Below are positions 51,853 through 62,969 of a stretch of DNA of 64,000 nucleotides, in pieces (the stretch's first letter is position 1; the number at the start of each line of letters is the position of its first letter). The stretch is from Mobula hypostoma (Eukaryota): assembly GCF_963921235.1 (NCBI RefSeq), contig NC_086110.1:9176001-9240000 (forward strand), written 5' to 3'. A model generated the notes under the pieces. That model was not told the origin of the DNA and ran no database searches. It saw only the letters and a list, made by a program, of their open reading frames with translations. Both the position numbers and the translations under genes were made by a program.

Positions 51853-54800
51853 ATGGTATTTAAACGGATTCATATAGTAAATTGGAATGTACGTGGTTGG
51901 AATCATCCTATCAAACGAAAGAAGACGTTTAAAATTATTAATCGATTCCAACCTGATTTAATTTTTGCTCAAGAAACACATATCAGGGCGGGAGATCAAA
52001 ATAGAGTTTTTAGATGGTGGAGGAATTTGCAGTTTCACTCCACTTCTCAGAGTAAAACTAAAGGCGTGTCCATCTTTATTAAATCCAATACTCAGGAAGA
52101 TATTGAGTCAGATTCTAATTGTAGATTTTTAATTATTAAAGGAGTGATCTGCAACAGAAAAGTTGTTTTGGTCAATCTGTACGGTCCTAAATTAGATGAT
52201 CCTTCTTTTTTTTAAAAAGGTATTTGCTTTACCGCCTGATTTAAATGAATGTATTTTGATAATGGGCGTGGATTTTAACTGTTGTTTAAATCCTTTGATT
52301 GACAAGAGCTCAACCAATCAGCGACTTCCAAATCGCTCTGCGTCACTTATTATCTCCTTTTTGACCGATTTTGGATTGATCGAATTATGGAGGTATTTGC
52401 ACCCTGATAACAGAGAATATTCTTTCTTTTCATATGTTTATAAAATTATTCGAGGATCGATTATATTATAATCGATCCCCACTTCTTACCTAGTGTTAAA
52501 AATTGTGAATATGACACTATTGCTATATCTTATCATGTGCCTTTGAGCTTGTCTTTTGAATTTGATGATGTAATTCTTGGCCGTCCACCATGGTGCATGT
52601 CTCAGACATTACTGCAAAACTCCGACCTTGTCAGTTTCATTGAAACCCAGATAAAAGATTTTTTTCTTTTTAATGATACAGGGGGTAAGTCCAAATTAAT
52701 TATATAGCATTTAAAGCTTTTTACGTGGTCTGTTCATTTCTTATTCAGCTAAGCTTAAAAAACAGACTAATGCAGAATTAGATAAGATTTCAAAACAAAT
52801 TAAAGACTTAGATAATATTTATGCTATTTCCCCTAATATTGATTTATTCAAACAAAGGGTGGAACTTCAATCAATGCAATTTGCTGAAGTTAAAGAGCCA
52901 ATTTTATATGTTTGTAGACAAAAGTAATAAACATCTCAATTAAAAACAGCTAGAGCCAAAAGGCAAATTTTGAAAATTCGTAGGAAAGATGGTACTCTGG
53001 CTTGGGAATATGAAGTAATTAATAAGATTTTTCAAGACTTTTATACTGAACTTTACAACTCTCAATGACCAGTAGATTCTTCTGAAATGAATGCTTTCTT
53101 ATGAAAGATTGCTTTTCCTAAAATTTCTGTTGAGGATCAAAAAACTCTTGATGCCCAAATTACTGAAACCGAAATTCATGAAGCTGTTTTTTCAATGCAA
53201 TCTGTTAAGGCCCCTGGACTTGATGGCTATCCTGTAGAATTTTACAAAAAAATTTGGAACATTTCTTTCTCTGTATATGTTGGAAATGTTTAAGGATTCA
53301 TTTGTGAAAGGTGATTTACCCTCTACTTTCTATGAGGCTTCTATTTCTTTAATTAATAAAAAGTATGAAAATCCTATTGACTATGCCTCATGAGGATCTA
53401 TTTCATGACTGAATGTCGATGCTAAGATTATGTCAAAGGTAATGGCCAATCGGTCAGAGAATATTTTGGGTAAAATAACTTTTAATGATCAAACGGGCTT
53501 TATAAACGGTCGTTATTCTTTTTCAAATGTTGGGAGACTATTTAAGGTTATATATTAGTCCGCTTTTAAAACTCCACAATGCGTCGTCTCTTTGGATGCT
53601 GTAAAAACGTTCGATCGAGTTGAATGGAAATATTTATTTAATGTTTTAGAGAAATTTGGCTTTGGTGTTAATACTAATAATTGGATTAGAATGATATATA
53701 AAGCTCCTATTGCTACTGTTGTCACTAACAACTGTAGGTCTCCTTTTTTCAGCTTTCATGGGGGATGAGACAAGGTTGTCCATTAAGTCCTTTGTTATTT
53801 AATTTAATATTAGAACCCCTTGATATTGCTGTACGTAAAGCTAAAAATATTCAAGGGAGTTTTGTGAATGAGACCATTCATAAGCTCTCTCTTTACGCTG
53901 ACGATTTATTGGTTTATATATTGTTACGTACCCCGTAACTGGGTTGCCAAACCAGCAGAAATGGATCACTCAGTTGGAGTCTGGAGTACTAGAACTAAGA
54001 AAGTTTTATTAAAGAAACAAGCAACACGGTAATCGAAAGGATAATAAATGCAAAAGTTCAGCGATGATAAACACACATGTGCACAGAATTAAGATAACAG
54101 CATCAATCAAGCTCTATCGTTGTCTAGGGGTAAATGACCAAATTTCAAAGTGACTCAAAGTTCAGTTTGCAGTAATCGTTGCCATGACGATGGACAACGT
54201 GGGGGAAGAGAGAGATAGAACAGGAACAACTGATCATTCAGAACACTGCTTCACTCACAGACCGGCGATATTGCTCACAAGCAACTTTTGGGCAGGTCCT
54301 TGGTGATATCACCTGAGGTCACCGACTGTGACCCCTCCTCCAGATGCGGTCGATCCTCTGCAGTGAACCCGGCACCCAGGCAAAGGCGGACACACACCGG
54401 GTTCCCGCTGATCGTACCTTTCCACCCTGGTCGTTGTCTGATACTTCTCACCCACTCGTGAGAGGCGCACCGCTTCCAGGGTCTCGTTACCTCGGGTGGC
54501 GTGTGTCCCGCCTTAGCAAACCGGTCCCCTTTTATCCCCCTGCTGGGGTATCGCCTGTCCATCACTTCAAACAGTTCAGGGTTCAAAGGGGGAGCCGCTC
54601 CAGACAGCTCTCTCTCTCCCACGTCCCTTCATTACACATCTCCAGACGCTGCTCCATTGTTCCTTATCTCTCCTTCCCCTGAGGGCAGGTGGCAGACCAA
54701 CTGCTGATGCCACTGATGCTAGCCCAGGCCAGCAAACATCTTAATTTTATGTGTATTCTCGTAACAATATCTAATCCCGAGGAATCTATTCATGCCTTGG

Positions 54801-55895
54801 TAAAATTATTCAATGAATTTGGAGATTTTTCTGGATATAAAATAAATTTTAGTATAAGTGAATTGTTTCCTTTAAATGAATCTGTCTCTATATATGATAA
54901 TACTCCTTTCAAAGTCACGGATTCTTTTAGATATTTAGGTGTTATAATCACTAAAAAAAATAAGGATCTTTATAAAGCCAATTTCTTTCCCTTGGTAGAC
55001 TCTATGAATTATTTATTTAGTAGATGGAGTCCACTTACATTTTCACTTGTTGGTCATATCCATATAGTCAAAATGATGATTTTACCAATTTTTTAAATAT
55101 TTATTTCAGAATTTCCCTGTTTTTTGACTAAGAAGTTTTTCGATCGGTTTGATTCTATTATTTTATCTTTTATTTGGAATAATAAAAGACCAAGAATTAG
55201 TAAATGTCACTTACAAAATCTGAAAAAGGATAGAGGTCTCACTTTACCTAATTTAAGAATGTATTACTGGGCTGTTAATGTGCGATCCATGTCCTTTTGG
55301 TTAGATTGGATTGATAAGAATGATCGGCCAATTTGGGTAGACCTGGAATTGAAAGCTGTGAAACAGCTTTATTCAACCTCGTTATTGGGAGTTTCTTTAC
55401 CTATACAATTAGCTAAAGTTGCTAATTTAAACCTATACCCTATGATTAAGCATTCTTTATGAATTTGGCTCCAGTTCTGCAATTTTTTTAATCTTAAAAA
55501 ATTTAAACTTTTTAGTTTAATTTATCGGAATTACTTTTTTAAGCCTCTTTAAGGATCCAGTTGTTTACTTTGGAAAAATAAATGTATTAATTCTTTTTTG
55601 GATTTATTTAAAGAAGATAGATTGATGTCTTTTGAACAATTAGTTGATAAATATTCTCTTTCATACTCACACTTTTTACAATACCTTCAAGTTAGACATT
55701 TTTTTACAAAAATATTTAAGTAATTTTCCTGACATATTGGATGCTGACCTGTTAGACACTATTATAAGTACGAACCCTTCGATGAAGGGTTCTGTTGGAA
55801 GAATTTATATTTTTTATTATTACAATGGGATAAGCAGCCTTTATTTAAGATTAAACAAGATTGGGAAAAGGAACTCAATTTGACTTTTATGACGG
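51853..55895 (+). pseudogene. L1 ORF2p remnant (endonuclease and RT), interrupted at 53922-54766
   Basis: IVNWNVRGWNHPIKRKK...AQETH (APE motif), VLVNLYGP, SLDAVKTFDRVEW, RQGCPLSPLLF and LYADDLLVYI. After the LTR it continues SNPEES...FSGYKINFS and FRYLGV. Confidence 0.92.
53922..54766 (-). mobile_element. Solo LTR (845 bp) of the same family as 46891-47745
   Basis: Perfect 7-bp terminal inverted repeat TGTTACG...CGTAACA and 4-bp TSD ATAT (53918-53921, 54767-54770). AATAAA on the minus strand at 54005-54010 supports the orientation. Confidence 0.95.
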
Positions 55896-55909
55896 TCAAA
55901 TATTGTCAA

Positions 55910-56155
55910 ATAATGTTGACTGTCCCTGATCAGACCAGGATTCTCCAAATACCCATAGATCCTATCTCTAAGAATCTTTTCCAACAGCTTTCCCACCACA
56001 GATGTAAGTCTCCCTGGTCTATAATTACCCGGACTATCCCTATTTCCTTTTTTGGGCAATGGGACAACATTCACCTCCCTTCAATCCTCCGGTACCATTC
56101 CCGAGGACATAAAGATCCTAGCCAGAGGCTCAGGAATCTCTTCCCTCGCCTCATG
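55910..56155 (-). mobile_element. CR1 LINE internal RT-region fragment
   Basis: VVPLPKKGNRDSPGNYRP..LTSVVGKLLEKILRDRIY.YLE...LIRDSQH, the CR1 ORF2 pre-RT motif. Confidence 0.88.
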
Positions 56156-56189
56156 GAGCAATTAGATTCAAGGTAAACCTGAACTAGAG

Positions 56190-56405
56190 ACATTGTTGGC
56201 GTACGGAGGAATGAGGACTTGAGGCCACAGTCAGGTCTACGTTGATGTTATTGATGGACGAAACAAGATGGGCGGAACCGTCTTTCTCTGTTCCTGCTCT
56301 GCATGTTGACCCAGCATGGTTGAAACGTGCGCAGGGAGACGACAGGATTCGAACCTGTGACCTCTCGATAAGATAGATGCGATACCACGACACCATCGGC
56401 CCAGA
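56190..56405 (-). mobile_element. tRNA-derived SINE (Pol III head and body)
   Basis: Minus-strand A box TGGTGTCGTGG (56385-56395) and B box GGTTCGAATCC (56345-56355) inside an ACAGG/CCTGT T-arm stem. No complete cloverleaf. The 3' boundary is approximate. Confidence 0.75.
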
Positions 56406-56653
56406 CAAGCGTGTAACCTGAATGATGAAGGTTGCAAAGCTCTAAGACATGGATGACCTGATGCATGATTCGCAGCAGTCTACTATGAAGCTGCGTCAAG
56501 TAGTTTGCAAAGTTAAAAGAATATCATTTTGGTTTTGAGGGAAAATAAATATAAAAATAGGAAGTAAGACTTCAGATGAATAGAGCATTTATACAGATGG
56601 CATCACGTCTGGAGCACTGTGCTCAGTTTTGCTCTCTTCTCCCTGCAGCCCCC

Positions 56654-57052
56654 GGAAAGGAGGTACAGGAGCTTACATGCCACAGCACCAAGTTGCGGAA
56701 CAATTATTACCCTTCAACCATCAGGCTCCTGAATCAGCGAGGATAATTTCAATCACCTGAATAGTGAACTGAATTTACTAACTATGGACTCACTTTCAAG
56801 TACCCTATGACTCATGATCTCAGTATTGTTTACTTACTAAAATATTTATGATGATTACTATATATTTGTTTTGTGTGTATTTGCACAGTTTGTCTTATTT
56901 TGCACATTGGTTCTTTATCTTTCTGTTTGTTTGCAATTTTCCATTGATTCTATTGCATTTGTGTTCTATTATGAACGACCACAAGTAAATGAATCTCAGG
57001 GTAGTATATGGTGACATATAAGTGCTCTGAAAATAAGCTTACTTTGAACTGT
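56654..57052 (+). mobile_element. Rex1/Babar-like LINE (or derived SINE) 3' end
   Basis: Degenerate RRYRSL...T....NNYYPSTIRLLN C-terminal motif, followed by a 3' UTR ending ...AATAAGCTTACTTTGAACT. Family assignment is from recall. Confidence 0.6.
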
Positions 57053-57678
57053 GTACTTTAATTTAAGGGAAGTTGTAAATATGTTGGAAACAGCTCAGAG
57101 TGATCGTGGATGTAAATGATCAATAGACTGGGCGAGTAGTCGGATAAGGCATGTTTAACCGGTTAAGTATACATTCGCTGAAGTTTAGAAAAACAAAAGT
57201 GGAATTGATTTATATGTATGTGATCTAAAGGTGAAGGGGGGGCGGGTAGTTCTAAAAAGGGTGGCTATGAAAAGCTTATATCCTCATGTGAGGAAAAATA
57301 AATTGCTCTCAGAGTTCCGCAAGTCTTTGGAACTCCTGAAACAAAACATTGAAAACAATATTTTTGAACGATTTGAAAGATTTGAATAAAATCTGCACTC
57401 AGAGGCAGGATTTTGTTGAGTGGCAAAACATGTTCCAGTTGCTCTACTTCTGCTCCAACTCGTATATGGGTATGTTGCTTTTCTCGTTGTCTGCAGAGCA
57501 TTAAAGTTCCAGATATGGCATTGGAATCTCTGTCTTGTCAGAAGGTAAACTGTCTTCTCTATTGAGCCACCTCCAACCTCTCGTTGCAGCTAGTCATATT
57601 CAACATCCCCCACATTGTGTCTGAATCCCAAATCTACATGTTATTCTGTTACCGGCACAGTTCTAAAATGTAGATTAG

Positions 57679-58190
57679 CATTGGCCATTTTATTAAGTAC
57701 ACCTTTACACCTGATCATTAATGCAAATATCCAATCAGCCGATCATATGGCGCAAAGTGATGCATAAAAAGGTACAGATATGGTCAAGAAGTTCAGTTGT
57801 TGTTCAGACCAAACACCAGAATGGGGAATAAATAATTTTGACCGTGGAATGATTGTTGATGCCAGACCGGATTATTTGGATATCTCAAAAACTGCTGTTC
57901 TCCTGGGATCGTCACACACAACAGTCTCTCATACTTAAAGAGAGTGGTGTGTAAAACAACAACCAGTGAACGGCTGTCTTGTGGGTGAAAACGTGTTGTT
58001 ATTGAAAGAGTTCAGTGGAAAGTGGCTAGATTGATTCAAGCTGACAGGAGGTCGACAGAAACCACATATTACAATAGTGGTGTACAGAAGAGCATCTCTG
58101 AACGTACAACACGTTGATGTGGATGGTCTACAACAGCAAAAGATCTCGAACATACAAAAATATATTCCGTGGCTACTTTTTTAGATACCT
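57679..58190 (+). mobile_element. Tc1/mariner-type DNA transposon remnant
   Basis: TIR-like CATTGGCCATTTTATTAAGTACACC, and a degenerate paired-like HTH start FDRGMIVDAR...ISKTAVLLG.SHTTVS from about 57821. Confidence 0.7.
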
Positions 58191-60218
58191 CAGTGATAGT
58201 TAGTAAAGATGACACGCGATTATGATGTATGTATGGATGGAAATTCACATTCTCTGCTGACAGCCGTTCACTTAGATGTAGAGCAGACTTTACCGGAGAA
58301 ACACAATTTCCTAATGCGTTGCTCGTTGATGAGCTGGTACCTAAAGGCCATTTCTTTTTTAACGATTATGAATTTGAACAACCGGCCTTCCATCTAGGGT
58401 GGAACACGTGATTAAGCAAACCTGAAGAATTCATTTGCAATAATGGGCCAGGGATGCAACTTGAAATTTCCTGCTGCATTACAGCATATGTCGATTATTC
58501 AAGGACAGTGCAAGTATCACATTTAGATTGTCTCAAAATTTGAATAAGTTGCCATTTTGTTGTCACCATTAAGAAATAAGTTTGACAGGAAAACGCCGAT
58601 ATTTTTTGACAAACATGCTGCCAGCGATACCATTCACCTTTAAAACAATGTAAAGGGACAAAAACAAAGCTTTGCTTTTCTCCGTTCCAACTGGCATTTT
58701 TCTCCACATTTTCAGCACTGAATGGTGATTACTCATTTGCCGGCGGGCATTTCCGCCCAAGAATCAGCTCAAGGAAGGCTTAAGAGACACTTCAAAATCC
58801 TCCATTATCCTTATTAACCACAACTACATTTAAATGAAGCTAGCAATTTATTGGGCCTGTGTTTGTTCATAGTTCACGTTACGGAAGATTGCTTCGATTA
58901 TCAGCTTCTCGCCTTATTTAAAATCTGCTGTCGTTCGTCTTTCTCGATAAATGCTGATACGTTGCTGGAACTGGGAAGATGCATAGTGGCCTAAACCAAC
59001 TTGTTAATTTCATGTCTTGTGGTCTGTAAAAGTAAATCACATCGTTCATTACTTTATCATGCAGTGATTACAGAGGCAATTGTACTTGAAACAAAATGGC
59101 AATACGTGTATTCTCAGATAATCAGCGATACACTAACCATATTTTTTGTCCTTTTTAAATACTTCCTTTTTCTGATTTCACTTTCCTGCTGTAATACTTT
59201 GCTAAGGTCCTAGCCCACAAAACAATACTCGTTCTCATTTTGACATCCAACCTTTCATATGAACGTTATTACATAGTAGTTAAGTGAGCAGCTGAATGCT
59301 ATGATCAAAGCAGCCTTTATGCAACCGACGCATTGAGATACTAATGTTGCAAATGATCATTTTAAGGATCGGCGACGGTCAAATTGCTGTGTCCACGAGT
59401 TTTACAGTGAGCTTGTGCGAGTACTGGTAAGAAATTCTGGGAAATGGAGTTCGAGCAAAAACCCCATACTTAGTAATTGAAAGCTAAATCTTTGTTCCCT
59501 GCGTCTCAGATCGTCCTGTTTTGCAGTCACTTCAGTCTTTAGGTGAGTAACCTGAAGGCGAGGTACTGTTGCATCTTTAGAGGTATTATCAGGTGGTCAT
59601 AATTTTGCAATGCAATTTATGGAGCTATCTAGATTGAAATTTCCCCGGAGTTTTCCCTTTTTAATTTTAAAGTTAATTTTAATGAAATCATCAATCATCA
59701 AGCATAGATCCAAAGTAAGGCAAAAATATTGCTAACTATGGAAAAGGGCCAAAAGGGTGAAAGGGAACCTGTTTTCACTTCCGGACACGAAGATGTTTAA
59801 ACTTTGCAGTTAATGTCCCAAAATATCATAGGATTTACACTATTGTAAAATGTTTGGAATCGTCATGTCAAGTATTTAAAACATTCCTGACTATCCACGA
59901 ATACATGCAAAAGCTCCCCTTTAAGATCCACGCTCCACATCTTTTCACAAGCATTTAAAACTTATGAGCCATTTATATTCCTGAATGAATGCTCAACGCT
60001 GATTTACGAGGAAAGTTGAAATGCTCATTGTATGTATTTTGCAAATAAACAGTAAATGCAGTCAATCTGGCTTCTTTCTGTCCAGCGAAGTTCTAAAATT
60101 CTAATGAATTAACATGATATTTGCTTCTTTTACCAGTCTACCATCTTCAGAAACCAAGAAAAAACAGTTTCTTCTCCCTAAATTTGCTTCTCGCCTCATA
60201 CCAAAGAGTTATACTTAC

Positions 60219-60308
60219 TTCGAAAGGAAAGGGGAAAAACAGCCATAAATCAATAGGATGAACATCATATCGTGATGAAATCGATTTTATTATCCAAAGT
60301 AAGATCGT
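60219..60308 (-). other. Candidate 90-bp downstream exon of the Ig gene (possibly frameshifted connecting-peptide/TM exon, or signal-peptide exon of another gene)
   Basis: Acceptor TACTTTCAG and donor GAA|GTAAGT. Phase 1 reads DDLTLDNKIDFITI then stop; the adjacent frame reads MMFILLIYGCFSPFLS. Confidence 0.3.
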
Positions 60309-60962
60309 CTGAAAGTACTTTATGGAGGTGTGTAGCAATACCCGTTATTTCAATGTTGTATTTTGTGGATTACATTCGCCCTCCCCTTTCGTGAATTATA
60401 TCCCCTTTGCCGATTTCGATTAGATCTTGAATTTGAATGAAAATGTAAATGGCTGATGTCACCGCAGCCATGTTATATATTCAAAATTATAATTGGAATT
60501 TAACGAGGGAATATTTATCGGTCGGCAATTAGCTATCAACTGATTTGAGAACAGAAAGTGATGACCTATTCATATTTTAATATGTGGAGCTGCAATGATA
60601 TAATAACAAGTTGTAAAATATAACCAACAACATATGGTTGTTTGTTGAATAAAATATTTGTATTTGATGATTTAGGTTTATTATCAGGCATCTGATTAAT
60701 TTGTCAGGGGCATGATACAAGTTAGGCCCGTTTCGTTCTAATATTTAATTTTGTTAAGCGCCGTTATCGTGTCATTTGGAAACAACAAGCTAGAAACGAA
60801 AGCATTGGAAACCGTAAGCAATTCTTACCATGTCGATTTGTTCTTCTGAGTCACCAAAATTACTGTCAGGACTAAAATTACCAATCCACCCACAGCACAT
60901 CCGATAATCAGGATTTTATCTGCATCTTATTCAAGAGAGAAATAAGCAGATGTGAAGTGCAT

Positions 60963-61067
60963 AACATAGAAAAATAGAAAACCCACAGCACAATACAGGC
61001 CGTTCGGCACACAAAGTTGTGCTGAACATGTCCCTACCTTAGAAATTACTAGGCTTACCCATAGCCC
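60963..61067 (-). mobile_element. Short CR1-family 3' end with TTCTATGT-type tail
   Basis: + strand ACATAGAAAAATAGAAAACCCACAGCACAATACAGGCCGTTCGGC...; same tail unit as at 46223. Confidence 0.7.
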
Positions 61068-61310
61068 ATACAAAGAAATACATTTAGGAAAATAGCAACA
61101 TCTCTGTGCCCTACATGATATATTCGCTACTATGTATCTTGTACATTCTTCTTTCATATGAATAAATACAGTTTTGTATATATATACAAAATTCTTAGTT
61201 TCTAAGAATTCTTAGCTCTATTCTTAGTTTGTATGAAATACTGTCGATATCCATCCTAATCTTGTTGAACCTGCAAAAACGATCCCTGTTACAACTGCTT
61301 GCAGCCTTAC

Positions 61311-61595
61311 CTTTTTTGCTGATGTAGCTGAGCGCCGCCGGTACCGTGAGCGTGGCATGTGATACCAAGCAGGTGTAAACAGCAGGTTTGGTTTCTTCCA
61401 AAAAACTGGAAGCTTCATACAACCCTTCCTCACTCCTGTTTTTCACAATTTCTATTCCGTTCAGTATTTCCTCATTATTTCTTCGCCAGGAGATTTCAAT
61501 TTTTTCCGGATAAAACGCAGACGTTTTGCATTCTAGTCTCTGAGAACGCAACGAGGTTCCTTCAACGGGAACTATTTTCAAGGGTATAGGGGAAG
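61311..61595 (-). CDS. Immunoglobulin C1-set domain exon (285 bp, phase 1/1) of an unidentified IgSF gene (SIRP-, B7-H6-, tapasin- or antigen-receptor-like)
   Basis: Acceptor TTTTCTATTAAAG and donor AAG|GTAAGG flank an open 95-codon frame: SPIPLKIVPVEGTSLRSQRLECKTSAFYPEKIEISWRRNNEEILNGIEIVKNRSEEGLYEASSFLEETKPAVYTCLVSHATLTVPAALSYISKK. It has the C1-set hallmarks C-x4-FYP-x2-I-x-I-x-W and Y-x-C-x-V-x-H. Confidence 0.9.
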
Positions 61596-61685
61596 CTTTA
61601 ATAGAAAAGATATATTCGTTATTTTGGTTTATTTGCATTGAACATCTGCTTGTTTACTTCGCATGAGAATGTCTATTGCTATTAT

Positions 61686-62163
61686 TGTCACAATGGGGCG
61701 TTGGGAACGGACCCAAATGCAAGACACAGACACTGAAGAACGTCAGACAGTTCCATCTCTGCATTGGGGCAGCTCCGAGTCTCAGTTCGGCCAGCAGCCT
61801 AAGCTGGCTACGGAAACAGCCGGATCCCTACCTAGATCGGAGTGGCTAGCAGCCACTCAGCTGGCCCGGGAAACAGCCGAATCCATACAGCAACGACAGT
61901 TCCGACTACCAACAGCAAGGCTCCATGAAGCGATGGTTCTCCAACACGGCTTAAAGATGGCAGGTTGCTCCCAGGAAATCTTGACAAGACATACCAGCAG
62001 CCCACAGTCGACCCCAAGGCTACTTATATTCCAAGCTCAAAGATGGCAATCAGGTGCCTATGATTAACTCAAACAAAACAAGGGACAGTGGAAGACCTGG
62101 AGTCCTGAATCCACGGACAGGACCGTGAACCGGAATGCGGACTTCACGGACCGGACCATAACA
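61686..62163. mobile_element. Solo LTR-like element (478 bp) in the intron upstream of the C1 exon
   Basis: TGTCACA...CATAACA termini with 5-bp TSD ATTAT at 61681-61685 and 62164-62168; GC-richer than its flanks. Confidence 0.8.
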
Positions 62164-62969
62164 ATTATGACAAGTTACCGCACTGTGGTTTTAAACTTTT
62201 TTAGTTTATTCCTAGTTTCTAAACTACTCTACGGGAATCTAAAAGAATGATTTCAAGCAATACTCAAAGAATACGAATCTGGTAAGAAATGGTAACTTTC
62301 GAGCTCTGGGTCGCAGCTCTGTGGGAATGCCAGATGCAGTATGCGATCTGAGTTGACGTTAAATATCTTCTTAACTTCAAGGACCAAAATGTGTGAAAAA
62401 TTGCAGTTATCTACAGGCACGTGTTAGGATGCAAATGGATGGAAGTCGGGCTCTCACAATTGTTTAGGCAGCATATTTGTGCCTGGGATGGTGTTGTAAG
62501 TTCGGGCAAGCTTTTCTTCCGAAAACGATCTGAGCGCTTGATACTCCTAATGGCATGAAAGTGTAATGCACGCAAACGTGTATTGTTGTATGGAACATCG
62601 CATCCATTGATATAAAGGGACAAAAGTGAAAGCGGAACTCCGTACACGTATTCTGCCACTCCTTCACTTTCTTCTGTATAGTCTGTTAGTAACGCAAAAT
62701 TTTCCTGCGGAAATTGACAGGACTGCACGGTTGTCCATGGACATATAGGTTAGAGAAACACAAACGCAGAAAAGAACGAACTCGGTTTCTTCTTCAACGG
62801 ATACAACATGTATTTGTCCTTGTCTAGACATTTAACAAAATATTGGATTCGTGATTTGAAGCAGTGGTCCTAAAGTAGGAATGGTGCTATACATTACATT
62901 GTGGGAGATTTGATAAATCTATCTTGCTGAAATGGAACAATTGCCTTTTAATGTTACATAATGGAAATA

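Larger units (their letters stand above)
50080..55900 (+). mobile_element. Near-full-length degenerate L1-clade LINE (fish type), 3' end lost; 5' boundary approximate
   Basis: ORF1-like coiled-coil/RRM region, long inter-ORF spacer, then ORF2 with APE endonuclease and RT. Many stops and frameshifts. Split by a solo LTR and ending at a CR1 fragment. Confidence 0.9.

Noticed and set aside
46891-54766. A single ~7.9-kb LTR element bounded by the two related LTRs
   Set aside because: The right copy has its own ATAT TSD, splits a continuous L1 reading frame, has no adjacent PBS, and is too diverged from the left copy. It is an independent solo LTR.
56335-56405. Functional tRNA gene
   Set aside because: A and B boxes and the T-arm are present, but the acceptor and anticodon stems do not pair and the sequence runs into a SINE-like body.
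61202-61215. 14-bp palindrome CTAAGAATTCTTAG in the intron after the C1 exon
   Set aside because: Isolated and in AT-rich sequence with local TTCTTAG repeats; no functional context.
61663-62067. 134-aa + strand ORF
   Set aside because: It lies almost entirely within the solo LTR (61686-62163); a chance ORF in GC-richer sequence.
62411-62728. 105-aa minus-strand ORF upstream of the C1 exon as the missing V-domain exon
   Set aside because: No V-set hallmarks (C...W...DxxxYxC) in any frame I translated.
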